Positions 36,310 to 44,333 of a stretch of DNA of 59,943 nucleotides are shown one piece after another (the stretch's first letter is position 1; each line of letters starts with the position of its first letter). Position numbers and translations under genes: made by a program. The DNA is from an uncultured virus (IMG/VR IMGVR_UViG_3300012277_000001). Taxonomy: Duplodnaviria > Heunggongvirae > Uroviricota > Caudoviricetes. The notes below the pieces were generated by a model. The model was given only the letters and a program-made list of their open reading frames with translations, was not told the DNA's origin and did no database searches. The stretch covers positions 248,001-307,943 of the IMG/VR virus record IMGVR_UViG_3300012277_000001. One strand, 5' to 3'.

Positions 36310-36800
36310 ATTTGTTCGTAACAGGTCCGTCGCCTACCTTGAGTGCACGCGCCCACTGTGACGTGCACCTTATTAAGATGACGACGGAAGCGGCACAGCT
36401 GCTATCGACCACGCAATTTGTTTTGACGGGTGAAGTGGTCGGCTACAAACCCACGCATCGAAATCACCCGTGTGCAATTTGGATCAGGGAATCAGCGGCT
36501 AACTATCGCTGGGCCTACCTGTTCTATTGCTGCCTGCTGACTGAATACGAATACCGATTCGGCAAGCAGCATAAAGCGGGCGCCTTCCGGCAAGCGTTCG
36601 GACGTGTGCCGCCGTTACCCGAAAACGGGCTGACCCCATTTGCGCAAGTGGTGGCCCCGGTGTTTCAGCAATGCAACACCTTCGCCGCGTACCGCCAGCA
36701 CATCCGGGCAAAGCTTCTAGAGTGGCCCCAACGCACACGCCCAGTGCGCACCACGTTCACCCGGCGCCAACGCCCGGCCTTCCTTTCCGACCTTCCCTAG
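36306..36800 (+). CDS. Pyrimidine-dimer DNA glycosylase (T4 endonuclease V-like family)
   Basis: MNLF..., D.H..KM..E.AQLLST, YKPTH.NHPC..W.RES and EY.YRFGK.H motifs. Confidence 0.85.
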   Translation: MNLFVTGPSPTLSARAHCDVHLIKMTTEAAQLLSTTQFVLTGEVVGYKPTHRNHPCAIWIRESAANYRWAYLFYCCLLTEYEYRFGKQHKAGAFRQAFGRVPPLPENGLTPFAQVVAPVFQQCNTFAAYRQHIRAKLLEWPQRTRPVRTTFTRRQRPAFLSDLP

Positions 36801-36819
36801 CCCGCCCTGTGCGGGCTTT
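36799..36819 (+). terminator. Hairpin/terminator, CMYGT-loop family
   Basis: agcccgc-cctgt-gcgggct-tt. Confidence 0.6.
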
Positions 36820-36887
36820 GTCGTTTCTGGCGCCCGCTCTGCCTATATGCGTACACGCGCACGCGTAGATAGCGAAACACGCCCCAG

Positions 36888-36975
36888 TTGACGTTTGGCG
36901 GTCGCTTTGTTACCTTTGGGGCAACTCGGGCACCGGCTGCCCGCAAAACAGACGCTCACGGTATTAGGGAAGTTT
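36888..36975 (+). promoter_or_regulatory. Sigma70 promoter plus conserved leader, copy 2
   Basis: TTGACG-17-TACCTT (TGn); cgggca/tgcccg hairpin; CGCTCAC-N7-GGGAAGTTT. Confidence 0.8.
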
Positions 36976-36979
36976 AGAC

Positions 36980-37204
36980 ATGGCCCGCTCGTTTCAGGTT
37001 ATGCAGCGCAAGACCAACAGCAAAGGCGTTACCTACTCGCTCCAAATCGAGAGCGGCGACTTTGTAAAGCAGGAAGCCCCATACGGCGTTTGGAAGCTGT
37101 GCATCAATTACAAGCATGGCAAGGACGTTAAGACTTGGCGCTACATCGAAACTGGGTTGACCCTCGAAGCCGCCCAAAAACTTTTTGATCGCCGTTCGAA
37201 ATAA
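36980..37204 (+). CDS. Hypothetical early protein
   Basis: First gene after leader copy 2. Confidence 0.75.
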   Translation: MARSFQVMQRKTNSKGVTYSLQIESGDFVKQEAPYGVWKLCINYKHGKDVKTWRYIETGLTLEAAQKLFDRRSK

Positions 37205-37216
37205 GGAGCATCACAA

Positions 37217-37417
37217 ATGAATCTTAAAGACCTGCTGTGGAACCTGTGGAAAATCGCTGAAAGCCCTGTCGTTGAAAAGGAGATTCGCGAATCCGTTAAA
37301 GAGGCGCATTGGACGCTTAGCGAAGTTCGCAACATGCTTGAACTTCCAGCCGATGCAGAACCCCGCGCCATCATCAGCGCTGTTTACGACCTGAAGCAAA
37401 AACGGGAGCAAAAATAA
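37217..37417 (+). CDS. Hypothetical protein
   Basis: SD AAGGAG. Confidence 0.75.
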   Translation: MNLKDLLWNLWKIAESPVVEKEIRESVKEAHWTLSEVRNMLELPADAEPRAIISAVYDLKQKREQK

Positions 37418-37830
37418 TGGACTACGAATTCCGCCAACATGAAATGGCTACCGATCCAGAAGACAAACGTTACTCGCAGTGGCTCGCAGCCGTAGGTAAA
37501 AAGCTGGGTCGCGACATTGGGATCGGTAGCGATCTGGAAAGTGATTTGTTCGATTACTACTCGGATGGTGCCGACCCCGAAGACGCGGTGGACGAAGTTC
37601 GCGCCATTGAAGAAATGCAGCGCAACGTTTCACCCGGCACCTGTCGCGATGTGCTCGACTACTTCAAAGACAAGCGGCTGCGCCTGAAGCGTGATGAAAA
37701 GATGAATCGCATGGTCTGGTGCCTTGACGGCACGACACACCAGCAAATCAGCGAAGCGCCGCACCTCGACCACTGGTCGCTGTTCAACTGGATTCAAAAG
37801 GGACGTGAATTTTTGGAGGCGTCGAAATGA
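37417..37830 (+). CDS. Hypothetical protein
   Basis: TAATG coupling, SD GGGAG. Confidence 0.75.
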   Translation: MDYEFRQHEMATDPEDKRYSQWLAAVGKKLGRDIGIGSDLESDLFDYYSDGADPEDAVDEVRAIEEMQRNVSPGTCRDVLDYFKDKRLRLKRDEKMNRMVWCLDGTTHQQISEAPHLDHWSLFNWIQKGREFLEASK

Positions 37831-38057
37831 TTTTGGATATCCTGCTGGGGGTCGTCGTGTTGTACCTGCTGATCGGTGCCGCAATGAGTTACATCGCGAT
37901 CAGTTTCATGCTGAAAACGAAAGACTCTGACTTTGCGTCCACGCGCCAGCGCTGGCAAGAATACAGCCTGTTGCAGAAAATCAAATCTGTGGTTCTCGGC
38001 ATGTTCATCTGGCTTCCCGCCGCGCTGGGCATAAAACGCAGCCACTTCTTCAAATGA
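37827..38057 (+). CDS. Small membrane protein
   Basis: SD GGAGG; two hydrophobic segments. Confidence 0.7.
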   Translation: MILDILLGVVVLYLLIGAAMSYIAISFMLKTKDSDFASTRQRWQEYSLLQKIKSVVLGMFIWLPAALGIKRSHFFK

Positions 38058-38066
38058 TGCACCCAC

Positions 38067-38088
38067 AACCCCGCCCCGTGCGGGGTTT
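38067..38088 (+). terminator. Hairpin/weak terminator, CMYGT-loop family
   Basis: aaccccgc-cccgt-gcggggtt-t. Confidence 0.55.
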
Positions 38089-38131
38089 GTCGGTAGTAAA
38101 CCAAACTGACCTTTATCAAGGAATCGCCAGC

Positions 38132-38866
38132 ATGACCATTCGCCTCACACGCATTCGTAAGTTGGGCCGTTATGAGCACAAAACCACCGGCCAGCAGGTA
38201 AACGTCCATAAAGGCCAGCGCCGTGACGGCGGGGTTGGTGATATTCACTTTTACACGCGTAGCGGCGAACGTGTGTTGCTTCCAGAAGCGGAATTTTATC
38301 GTGACTGGAAACGCGTCGAAGAAACCACAAAGGAAATCAAAGCCGTGACCAACCCAGCCAAGCCCGAAGACAAAGCACTGAACGAAAAAATCAAATTCCT
38401 GAATTGGACCATCGAACCAATGGGCGTGCGCATTGCGCCTATGGGGCGCGGCTGGGGCTTCGTGCATCAGGGCCTTTACCGTGGCCTGTCGCGCTTCCTG
38501 AGCAAACCCCTGATCGAAACGCCCGACCTCGATTTGATCGAATTCGCGAAGCTGGCAAAGGAAAGCATCCAGCAACAAATCGACGAAGACGCCGGGCCAC
38601 AATACAGCGTGGCGATTACCACGGTCGGTCAGAACTGGAACGATTCCGGAATGCGTCACCGTGTCGAATGCAGCGATGGTCGTGTTTCCGGCTGGGCACG
38701 TTACGAACAGGTGGCGTACCTTGATAATGTCGCCAGCCTGACCCCGTATTTTGTCGGCGGCGATAACGTGGTGGCTCGCAGTATTTCGGAAGCTCTGACG
38801 TTTATTGCAGTGGGGCCAAACGACAACCAAGACGACGAATCGGAAGTTGAGGAAGCTGGCGAATGA
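38132..38866 (+). CDS. Hypothetical protein
   Basis: SD AAGGA. Confidence 0.75.
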   Translation: MTIRLTRIRKLGRYEHKTTGQQVNVHKGQRRDGGVGDIHFYTRSGERVLLPEAEFYRDWKRVEETTKEIKAVTNPAKPEDKALNEKIKFLNWTIEPMGVRIAPMGRGWGFVHQGLYRGLSRFLSKPLIETPDLDLIEFAKLAKESIQQQIDEDAGPQYSVAITTVGQNWNDSGMRHRVECSDGRVSGWARYEQVAYLDNVASLTPYFVGGDNVVARSISEALTFIAVGPNDNQDDESEVEEAGE

Positions 38867-39276
38867 TTATTGGACGTAGCGCAAAAATTTCGGACGTAAA
38901 CAAACGCCTGAAAAAATCCGGACTGAAGATCGAACGCAGCAGCGATGGCAAGCAATGGGCGTGGTATGTGTTCAACGGAAAAGAGCGCGTGCGCAAAGTT
39001 TCCAGCCTGCTTGTGAATGATTTGTCGGTCGATCTGCTGGTCGATCTGGCAGAACGTTTCGCGGCCCCGGTTTACGTGCCGCCTGTGCATCGCGACGTAA
39101 GGGGCCTAGTGGTCGAGATTGGTGACGTGGTAGCCGTAGGGTACGACAACGGTTCTACGCTCGCCTACGGCACCGTTACGGCCCTTTCGGAATACGTCTG
39201 GTTGAGCAAGTCGGGCGAGACTGGTGGGACTCGACGCGTATCCAAGCGCGTTGCAATTTTGGAGAAAGTGAAATGA
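38863..39276 (+). CDS. Hypothetical protein (SH3/KOW-like C-terminus)
   Basis: D.RG..VEIGD.VA motif; ATGA overlap. Confidence 0.7.
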   Translation: MIIGRSAKISDVNKRLKKSGLKIERSSDGKQWAWYVFNGKERVRKVSSLLVNDLSVDLLVDLAERFAAPVYVPPVHRDVRGLVVEIGDVVAVGYDNGSTLAYGTVTALSEYVWLSKSGETGGTRRVSKRVAILEKVK

Positions 39277-39560
39277 GCAACCGTCCCAATAAGGTTCCGC
39301 ATTTTGAATGGCGCGGGCAGAAAATTGTGCCGGGCACCCGCATCAAAATTCGCAGCCGTCACGGCTCCACCGGCAACGGCACCGTGACCGCCGTCCTGTA
39401 CTGGTCGAACAGCCCGGATACAATCTGCGCGGAAATGGACCCTGACACGGAATATGCACCTGACTCTGCCATTCAAGCAGGTTGGGGCCGCGATCAAGAA
39501 CGCATCGCCGACATTGGTTTGTTCGGCGGCGAAATAAAAGAAATCCTGCAAAAGAACTGA
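39273..39560 (+). CDS. Hypothetical protein
   Basis: SD GGAG; ATGA overlap. Confidence 0.7.
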   Translation: MSNRPNKVPHFEWRGQKIVPGTRIKIRSRHGSTGNGTVTAVLYWSNSPDTICAEMDPDTEYAPDSAIQAGWGRDQERIADIGLFGGEIKEILQKN

Positions 39561-39569
39561 GGCCTCAAA

Positions 39570-39977
39570 ATGCAAACTCTGATTTCGCAATTGCCGCAAA
39601 TTCGGGCGCTGATTACTGGAAAACAAAACCGCGTCAAATCCCTGCTGGCCGATCCGGTTTTTGAACTGAAGGTTTTCCGTGACAAGGCACGCTCCTACGT
39701 GCGTCTTGAAATCAAACAGTTCTGCTTTGCGCGCCATGCGATCACGATCCGCGCCGATGGTTCTGGTTTCACCATCACGGCCCCCGGTGAAAGTGGCCCT
39801 GATCCAATCCACGGCCCTGACGATTTCCGCGTGCTGCATCGCGCTCTTTACGAACTAGGTTACACCGAAACGCCGCCAACCCCGGAACAACAACTGGCGA
39901 AGCTTTTCAGCACCGCCCGCAAGCAGAAACCAAACCGCAAAGGCGCCAGCCTGTCGCGCAAGAAACGCCGCGCCTGA
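39570..39977 (+). CDS. Hypothetical protein with basic tail
   Basis: SD GAGG. Confidence 0.7.
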   Translation: MQTLISQLPQIRALITGKQNRVKSLLADPVFELKVFRDKARSYVRLEIKQFCFARHAITIRADGSGFTITAPGESGPDPIHGPDDFRVLHRALYELGYTETPPTPEQQLAKLFSTARKQKPNRKGASLSRKKRRA

Positions 39978-39987
39978 TTCACCACTT

Positions 39988-40008
39988 ACCCCGCCACGTG
40001 CGGGGTTT
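39988..40008 (+). terminator. Hairpin/weak terminator, CMYGT-loop family
   Basis: accccgc-cacgt-gcggggt-tt. Confidence 0.55.
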
Positions 40009-40041
40009 GCCAATAACAGCCCTTTAGAAAGGAAATCGAAC

Positions 40042-40536
40042 ATGCTTTTTATTGCCGTGTTGGCCGAACAGCCGCCTAAGCCAGATGACGTGTGGGCCAT
40101 CCTCGCACAGAATCCAGAACTCGCCACGGTTGCCAAAGAATGGTTGACCTTGGATTGCAAAATGAATGTCTCGGTGCGTACGTCGGCCCCGTGTGAAAAA
40201 CCCGGCCTGCATCCCTACATGTTTTGCATGCGCGTCGTCAAAAACAATGAGGAACTGAATTATCCAGACCTCACGTGTGTCGTCATGCGAAACGCAACCA
40301 CGGAACGGCAGGAAGAGGCCCACACAAAACAGGTAATGAAATTCATGCAGCGCACGATAGAAACTGTGCTGTTCGATTTCTTGGGCGACCTCGAATTTGA
40401 TGTGATGGACCAATGGATCACAAGCACCGGCAACGGCGTTGTGGTGCTACGCAATATTGAACTGCATGAATTGGAAGACGCGTTCTTCCGCTCCAATCGC
40501 GCTAATTTTCAAATCGTCGAAGGATCAAAATCATGA
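40042..40536 (+). CDS. Hypothetical protein
   Basis: SD AAGGA. Confidence 0.7.
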   Translation: MLFIAVLAEQPPKPDDVWAILAQNPELATVAKEWLTLDCKMNVSVRTSAPCEKPGLHPYMFCMRVVKNNEELNYPDLTCVVMRNATTERQEEAHTKQVMKFMQRTIETVLFDFLGDLEFDVMDQWITSTGNGVVVLRNIELHELEDAFFRSNRANFQIVEGSKS

Positions 40537-41090
40537 CCAACCGCAACCAAGTAATTTCGAAGCTGGCACAGGCCATTCTGGACGTACAGCAGGCAGACGG
40601 AAACGCTGCGCTTACTTTGGTGCTGGCACGCCTGAGTTCGGATCTTGACGATCTGCAAGTTGGCAAAGTTGAAAACGCTGCACTGCCAGTTGCAAATCGC
40701 GACCCGCAGTTAATCCAAGTCGAAAACTATTTCGATCAGCTAGGCACCAACTGCCCGATTCCGAAAGGCTACAAAATGTTCGTGGCGTTGGTCACGGATT
40801 TGGTGTGGCCGCAGGCGTTCTCTATCACGAAGGGCCGCCCTGTATACGAAGCCTCACCAAATGGCAGCGGTGCAGAGTTTGTAGATATGTGGCTGGCTCG
40901 CGATCCAGAAGTGGAGCCACACCCGAGCACCATGGAGGCCTTCAAGGCGCTGCTGTTGGAAGACGGGTATCTGGTTAAGACCGCCAAGGAATTCAACCAA
41001 TGCACCGATACACACTCGTTTGTTGTGCGTCTCATGGTGCACCACGAAAAGTTCTGCAAGCATCAACAAATCGCACTGCCCCATCAGTAA
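40533..41090 (+). CDS. Hypothetical protein
   Basis: ATGA overlap. Confidence 0.7.
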   Translation: MTNRNQVISKLAQAILDVQQADGNAALTLVLARLSSDLDDLQVGKVENAALPVANRDPQLIQVENYFDQLGTNCPIPKGYKMFVALVTDLVWPQAFSITKGRPVYEASPNGSGAEFVDMWLARDPEVEPHPSTMEAFKALLLEDGYLVKTAKEFNQCTDTHSFVVRLMVHHEKFCKHQQIALPHQ

Positions 41091-41099
41091 GGAAGCATC

Positions 41100-41399
41100 A
41101 TGGCATTCGTAAACGAAATCAAAAAGCACGAACAGTTGACCGAAGCGGAATTCGAATTGGTTGTGCGCCAGATGCAGGTCAAGCGCCAAGCCGCTTCAAT
41201 CCGTGCGGCGCATCTTGTGCTGACTCAAGACACCCCGGCCTATGTCGCATCGAAAGTCATGGGTTCTAGCCAATCGAACGTGCACGATACGGTCAAGCGC
41301 ATTCTTAGCCGCCACCATGACAACATGTCCGTATATGGCCGCCGTGACCCCGATTTCGAAAATGCTACTTGGAAATTGGAAATGCGGGTGCACCTATGA
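41100..41399 (+). CDS. TrfB/KorA-like HTH repressor
   Basis: LTEAEF...I.AAHLVL........A...G.S...V...V.RI matches the recalled IncP KorA/TrfB pattern. Confidence 0.65.
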   Translation: MAFVNEIKKHEQLTEAEFELVVRQMQVKRQAASIRAAHLVLTQDTPAYVASKVMGSSQSNVHDTVKRILSRHHDNMSVYGRRDPDFENATWKLEMRVHL

Positions 41400-41632
41400 G
41401 CACGAAACAGTGCAAGCCCGGCACCTGCATTGTGGGCGAAATCAAAAACGTTGCCATTAGCGAACGCGACTGGCTGAAGAAAGCCAAAGCCTTTCAAAAG
41501 GTGATTGCCGACTGGAACGAAAAGACGAAGCGGTTTGCTGTTCCGCATCCCGGCTTTTGTTACCGCTCTAACTACTGCGCTATGTGTGGTCGTTCGCTAG
41601 AAGACTTCCACAAAGAAAACACTTACCTCTAA
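41396..41632 (+). CDS. Small Cys-rich protein
   Basis: C...TC and YCAMCG motifs. Confidence 0.65.
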   Translation: MSTKQCKPGTCIVGEIKNVAISERDWLKKAKAFQKVIADWNEKTKRFAVPHPGFCYRSNYCAMCGRSLEDFHKENTYL

Positions 41633-41646
41633 GCAAGGAAAACGAC

Positions 41647-42525
41647 ATGACTGCTCAACTGACCCACTTTGTAATTCCTGCTGGCCGCACCATGCACGAA
41701 ATCGTTTGCCGCATCCCACAACCCGATGGTGAAGCGCCGGGTGAAACTTCGTGGGGCGATGCAAATCTCAACCACCTGTTCACCACGACTGAAGGCGACG
41801 GTTCGACCATTGTTGAACTGCTGGATGAATATATGATCGTGTCGCCTTCCACTGGCCTGAGCGCTCGCGGTGAAACCGTCATGGACGCAAACGAGGGCCT
41901 TTATTTGGGCCTGAATGAAAAAGACCCGGTGTTCGAGAAAATCGCCATCAGCGACAAGTGGCTTTACACCATTTCCAAGAAATTCAACGGTGACGCCAGA
42001 AACAGCGATGAAACGACGATTCGTCGCCTGTGCAAAATCGGAGTCCGCAAGAAACAGAAAGCGGCTGCAAAAGACACGCGGACCGAAGCCGAGGTTTCTT
42101 TTGACACCTCACGCGGTCGCATCGGTTCCATCATGCACCACCCGGACTTCCGCGACAAAATGCCGTTGTTCCTGCTGGTTGCTGAATACCTGCTCGACGC
42201 ACACGCGGTAGCAGGCAAGAACGGGGCGGCCATCACTTCGGAAGCTGTCCACGATCTACAGCGCGAATTGGACACGCTGAAAAAGCAACTGCCGTTCCTG
42301 ATGGACGTGAAAGTTGGTGCATCCGCCGATAGCCGCGCCAGCAACCATTACGAAGACGTTTACGATCAGCTGGTGGAATTGTTCGATCCGCACATTTTCC
42401 CCGATCAGCACGGTTCCTATATCGGGGCGCGCACGCTTTGCTGTTCCGTTGTGGAAAACACTACGGCACTGGTGCAGTTCTGGTTGAACAACCGCGACAC
42501 TGCAAAACATCCCCTCGACGAATAA
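41647..42525 (+). CDS. Hypothetical protein
   Basis: SD AAGGA; good codon bias. Confidence 0.75.
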   Translation: MTAQLTHFVIPAGRTMHEIVCRIPQPDGEAPGETSWGDANLNHLFTTTEGDGSTIVELLDEYMIVSPSTGLSARGETVMDANEGLYLGLNEKDPVFEKIAISDKWLYTISKKFNGDARNSDETTIRRLCKIGVRKKQKAAAKDTRTEAEVSFDTSRGRIGSIMHHPDFRDKMPLFLLVAEYLLDAHAVAGKNGAAITSEAVHDLQRELDTLKKQLPFLMDVKVGASADSRASNHYEDVYDQLVELFDPHIFPDQHGSYIGARTLCCSVVENTTALVQFWLNNRDTAKHPLDE

Positions 42526-42543
42526 TCGTCGGCGGTTAACAGG

Positions 42544-42568
42544 AAGCCGGGCACGTCCCGGCTTTTTT
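42544..42568 (+). terminator. Intrinsic terminator (CACGT loop)
   Basis: aagccggg-cacgt-cccggc plus T6. Confidence 0.85.
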
Positions 42569-42595
42569 CGTAGGAGGACAAAAAGAGGGCTGATC

Positions 42596-42805
42596 GTGGA
42601 TTTCGCACTTTGGAGAAATTTCACAATGGGCGCCATCGTGTTTCTGGCGGTTCTGCTGCTGGGCATTCTGGTGATCTACATATGGAACGAATACGCGTCG
42701 ATGAAAAATCGGCAAGCGGAGGAAGAGCGGCGAACCCAAGAACGGGAAGCCGAACTTAGGGCACACCTTCACCACAAACCAAAACCCGAGGACAAACAAC
42801 CATGA
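42596..42805 (+). CDS. Small single-TM membrane protein
   Basis: GTG start, SD GAGG; hydrophobic helix then charged tail. Confidence 0.65.
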   Translation: MDFALWRNFTMGAIVFLAVLLLGILVIYIWNEYASMKNRQAEEERRTQEREAELRAHLHHKPKPEDKQP

Positions 42806-42975
42806 CCCTGTTCGACGTTTTGCAGTCTATCCCTATCGGTTCTGCCATCTTCGTTTGTGTAGGCTTCTGTTTCCTGTGCTGGTACGACCGGAAGCACGGT
42901 TCTGTTTACGAACGGTCGGCCCGTGAAATCGAGTCGCACCTAGCAGAACTGCAAGCCCGGCATCCCAAAAAGTGA
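42802..42975 (+). CDS. Small single-TM protein (57 aa, below ORF-track cutoff)
   Basis: ATGA overlap, SD GAGGA; MTLFDVLQSIPIGSAIFVCVGFCFLCWYDRK... Confidence 0.65.
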   Translation: MTLFDVLQSIPIGSAIFVCVGFCFLCWYDRKHGSVYERSAREIESHLAELQARHPKK

Positions 42976-43027
42976 CGCGTGCGCGCCCGCACGTATAGAA
43001 GGGCAGCAAAACTTTTGGGCCAACCGC

Positions 43028-43112
43028 TTGACACGGGAACCCGGTTTTGCGAATCTTTGGTTGCGGCCAAGTCGTGCCTGCAAAACACACACTCACGGAA
43101 TAAGGGAAGTTT
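43028..43112 (+). promoter_or_regulatory. Sigma70 promoter plus conserved leader, copy 3
   Basis: TTGACA-17-GAATCT (TGn); CACTCAC-N7-GGGAAGTTT. Confidence 0.75.
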
Positions 43113-43117
43113 GAACC

Positions 43118-43480
43118 ATGAAACGGAATCGCCGCATCGCTTTCACCGCCATCGAAGATTGGGCAGTACCAAAAACCGCTGGCACGCTTTCGTTCTTCGA
43201 AACGATCTGCCTGTCGTCTTTGGAAGGCAAAGAAATTCGCCTCGACGCCAAAACTCAACGCGCAGTGATCGGCTACCCTGTTTTTGGTAAGCAGCCTTTT
43301 ACTGTGAACGTGGATGGCACCGTTACCGTTCGTAAAAGCATTGCGTTCGGGCAAGATTCTGAAGAGCGTAAGTATTGCGCCCGCGAAGTGGATTACGCCC
43401 GCTTGAATAAATTGCGCATGGAACCCGGCACGCAGGGTGAAGGCATCTTCAGCAGCATTCCACAACCGGAGCACTACTAA
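43118..43480 (+). CDS. Hypothetical early protein
   Basis: First gene after leader copy 3. Confidence 0.75.
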   Translation: MKRNRRIAFTAIEDWAVPKTAGTLSFFETICLSSLEGKEIRLDAKTQRAVIGYPVFGKQPFTVNVDGTVTVRKSIAFGQDSEERKYCAREVDYARLNKLRMEPGTQGEGIFSSIPQPEHY

Positions 43481-43894
43481 ATGGCATACCCGCAGAAAAT
43501 ATTACTCACGAAGCACCAGCGCGAAGTGCTGCTGCATCGCCTTCGTTACCTGTCGTACCTGACGGATGAACAACTGTCCGAACTTTGGTCTAACGACAAA
43601 CGCGAAGCCCCGTTGAGCATCGCCGCGCTGGAAACGGCACTGGGCGAGTACGACCAGCTTTTCAGCCGCTGCGCTGGAAACCAGTTGATCGCAATCAGCA
43701 TCGAACGTGTGGAACAGGCCGAAGCGTTGGCCGAAGCACTCGAAGGCTCGACGTATTTCGCAACGCGTGTAAAAGGTGACGGGGTTTACGTCCACGCAGC
43801 AAACGCAGTCGCGGAACTTTTGTCCACGATTCTAGATCGTGATGTGGTTCCCAACGTCGGCCCGCGTAAGCCGCACTGTAAGGCAGACAGATAA
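43481..43894 (+). CDS. Hypothetical protein
   Basis: SD GGAG; abuts upstream stop. Confidence 0.7.
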   Translation: MAYPQKILLTKHQREVLLHRLRYLSYLTDEQLSELWSNDKREAPLSIAALETALGEYDQLFSRCAGNQLIAISIERVEQAEALAEALEGSTYFATRVKGDGVYVHAANAVAELLSTILDRDVVPNVGPRKPHCKADR

Positions 43895-43931
43895 ACCTGT
43901 TTGCGCATCTAGGATGGTGCGCAAGCCGGTT
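43894..43931 (+). promoter_or_regulatory. GCAU-Y-N6-R-GUGC hairpin, copy 1
   Basis: aacctgtttgcgcatc-taggat-ggtgcgcaagccggtt. Confidence 0.75.
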
Positions 43932-43961
43932 GTACTGAAACCTACCCTCGGAGAAACAGAC

Positions 43962-44246
43962 ATGGCACGTAAAGCTGCCGATTCGGAAATCGTACTAGAG
44001 GCACCTGCGAACCTCGACCCGGCGCTGACACATTTCATTGTCTGCGATTTTGGGGATTGGGCTATCGGTGCCACGATTCGTGAAGCCCTGACTAACGTTC
44101 CTTTCGGCAAACGCACGGAACTGGAACCGACTATGCAGGTCTGGCACGTAACCCCCGGCACTTTCATAAGTGCATCCGGCGAGTTCTGGAATCACGATTG
44201 CCAGATTCGCCCGGTACTGAACGAAAGTCGCCGCAAAACCCGTTGA
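43962..44246 (+). CDS. Hypothetical protein
   Basis: SD GGAG. Confidence 0.7.
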   Translation: MARKAADSEIVLEAPANLDPALTHFIVCDFGDWAIGATIREALTNVPFGKRTELEPTMQVWHVTPGTFISASGEFWNHDCQIRPVLNESRRKTR

Positions 44247-44329
44247 CACCCGGCGCCTGTAATGGCATTCTGAAATCCAATCGGCAACCACGCCGACATA
44301 GTTTGACACTCACACTTTAAAGGAAGTTA
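44243..44329 (+). promoter_or_regulatory. Sigma70 promoter plus conserved leader, copy 4
   Basis: TTGACA-17-CATTCT (TGn); tcggc/gccga hairpin; CACTCAC-N7-AGGAAGTTA. Confidence 0.8.
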
Positions 44330-44333
44330 CCCC

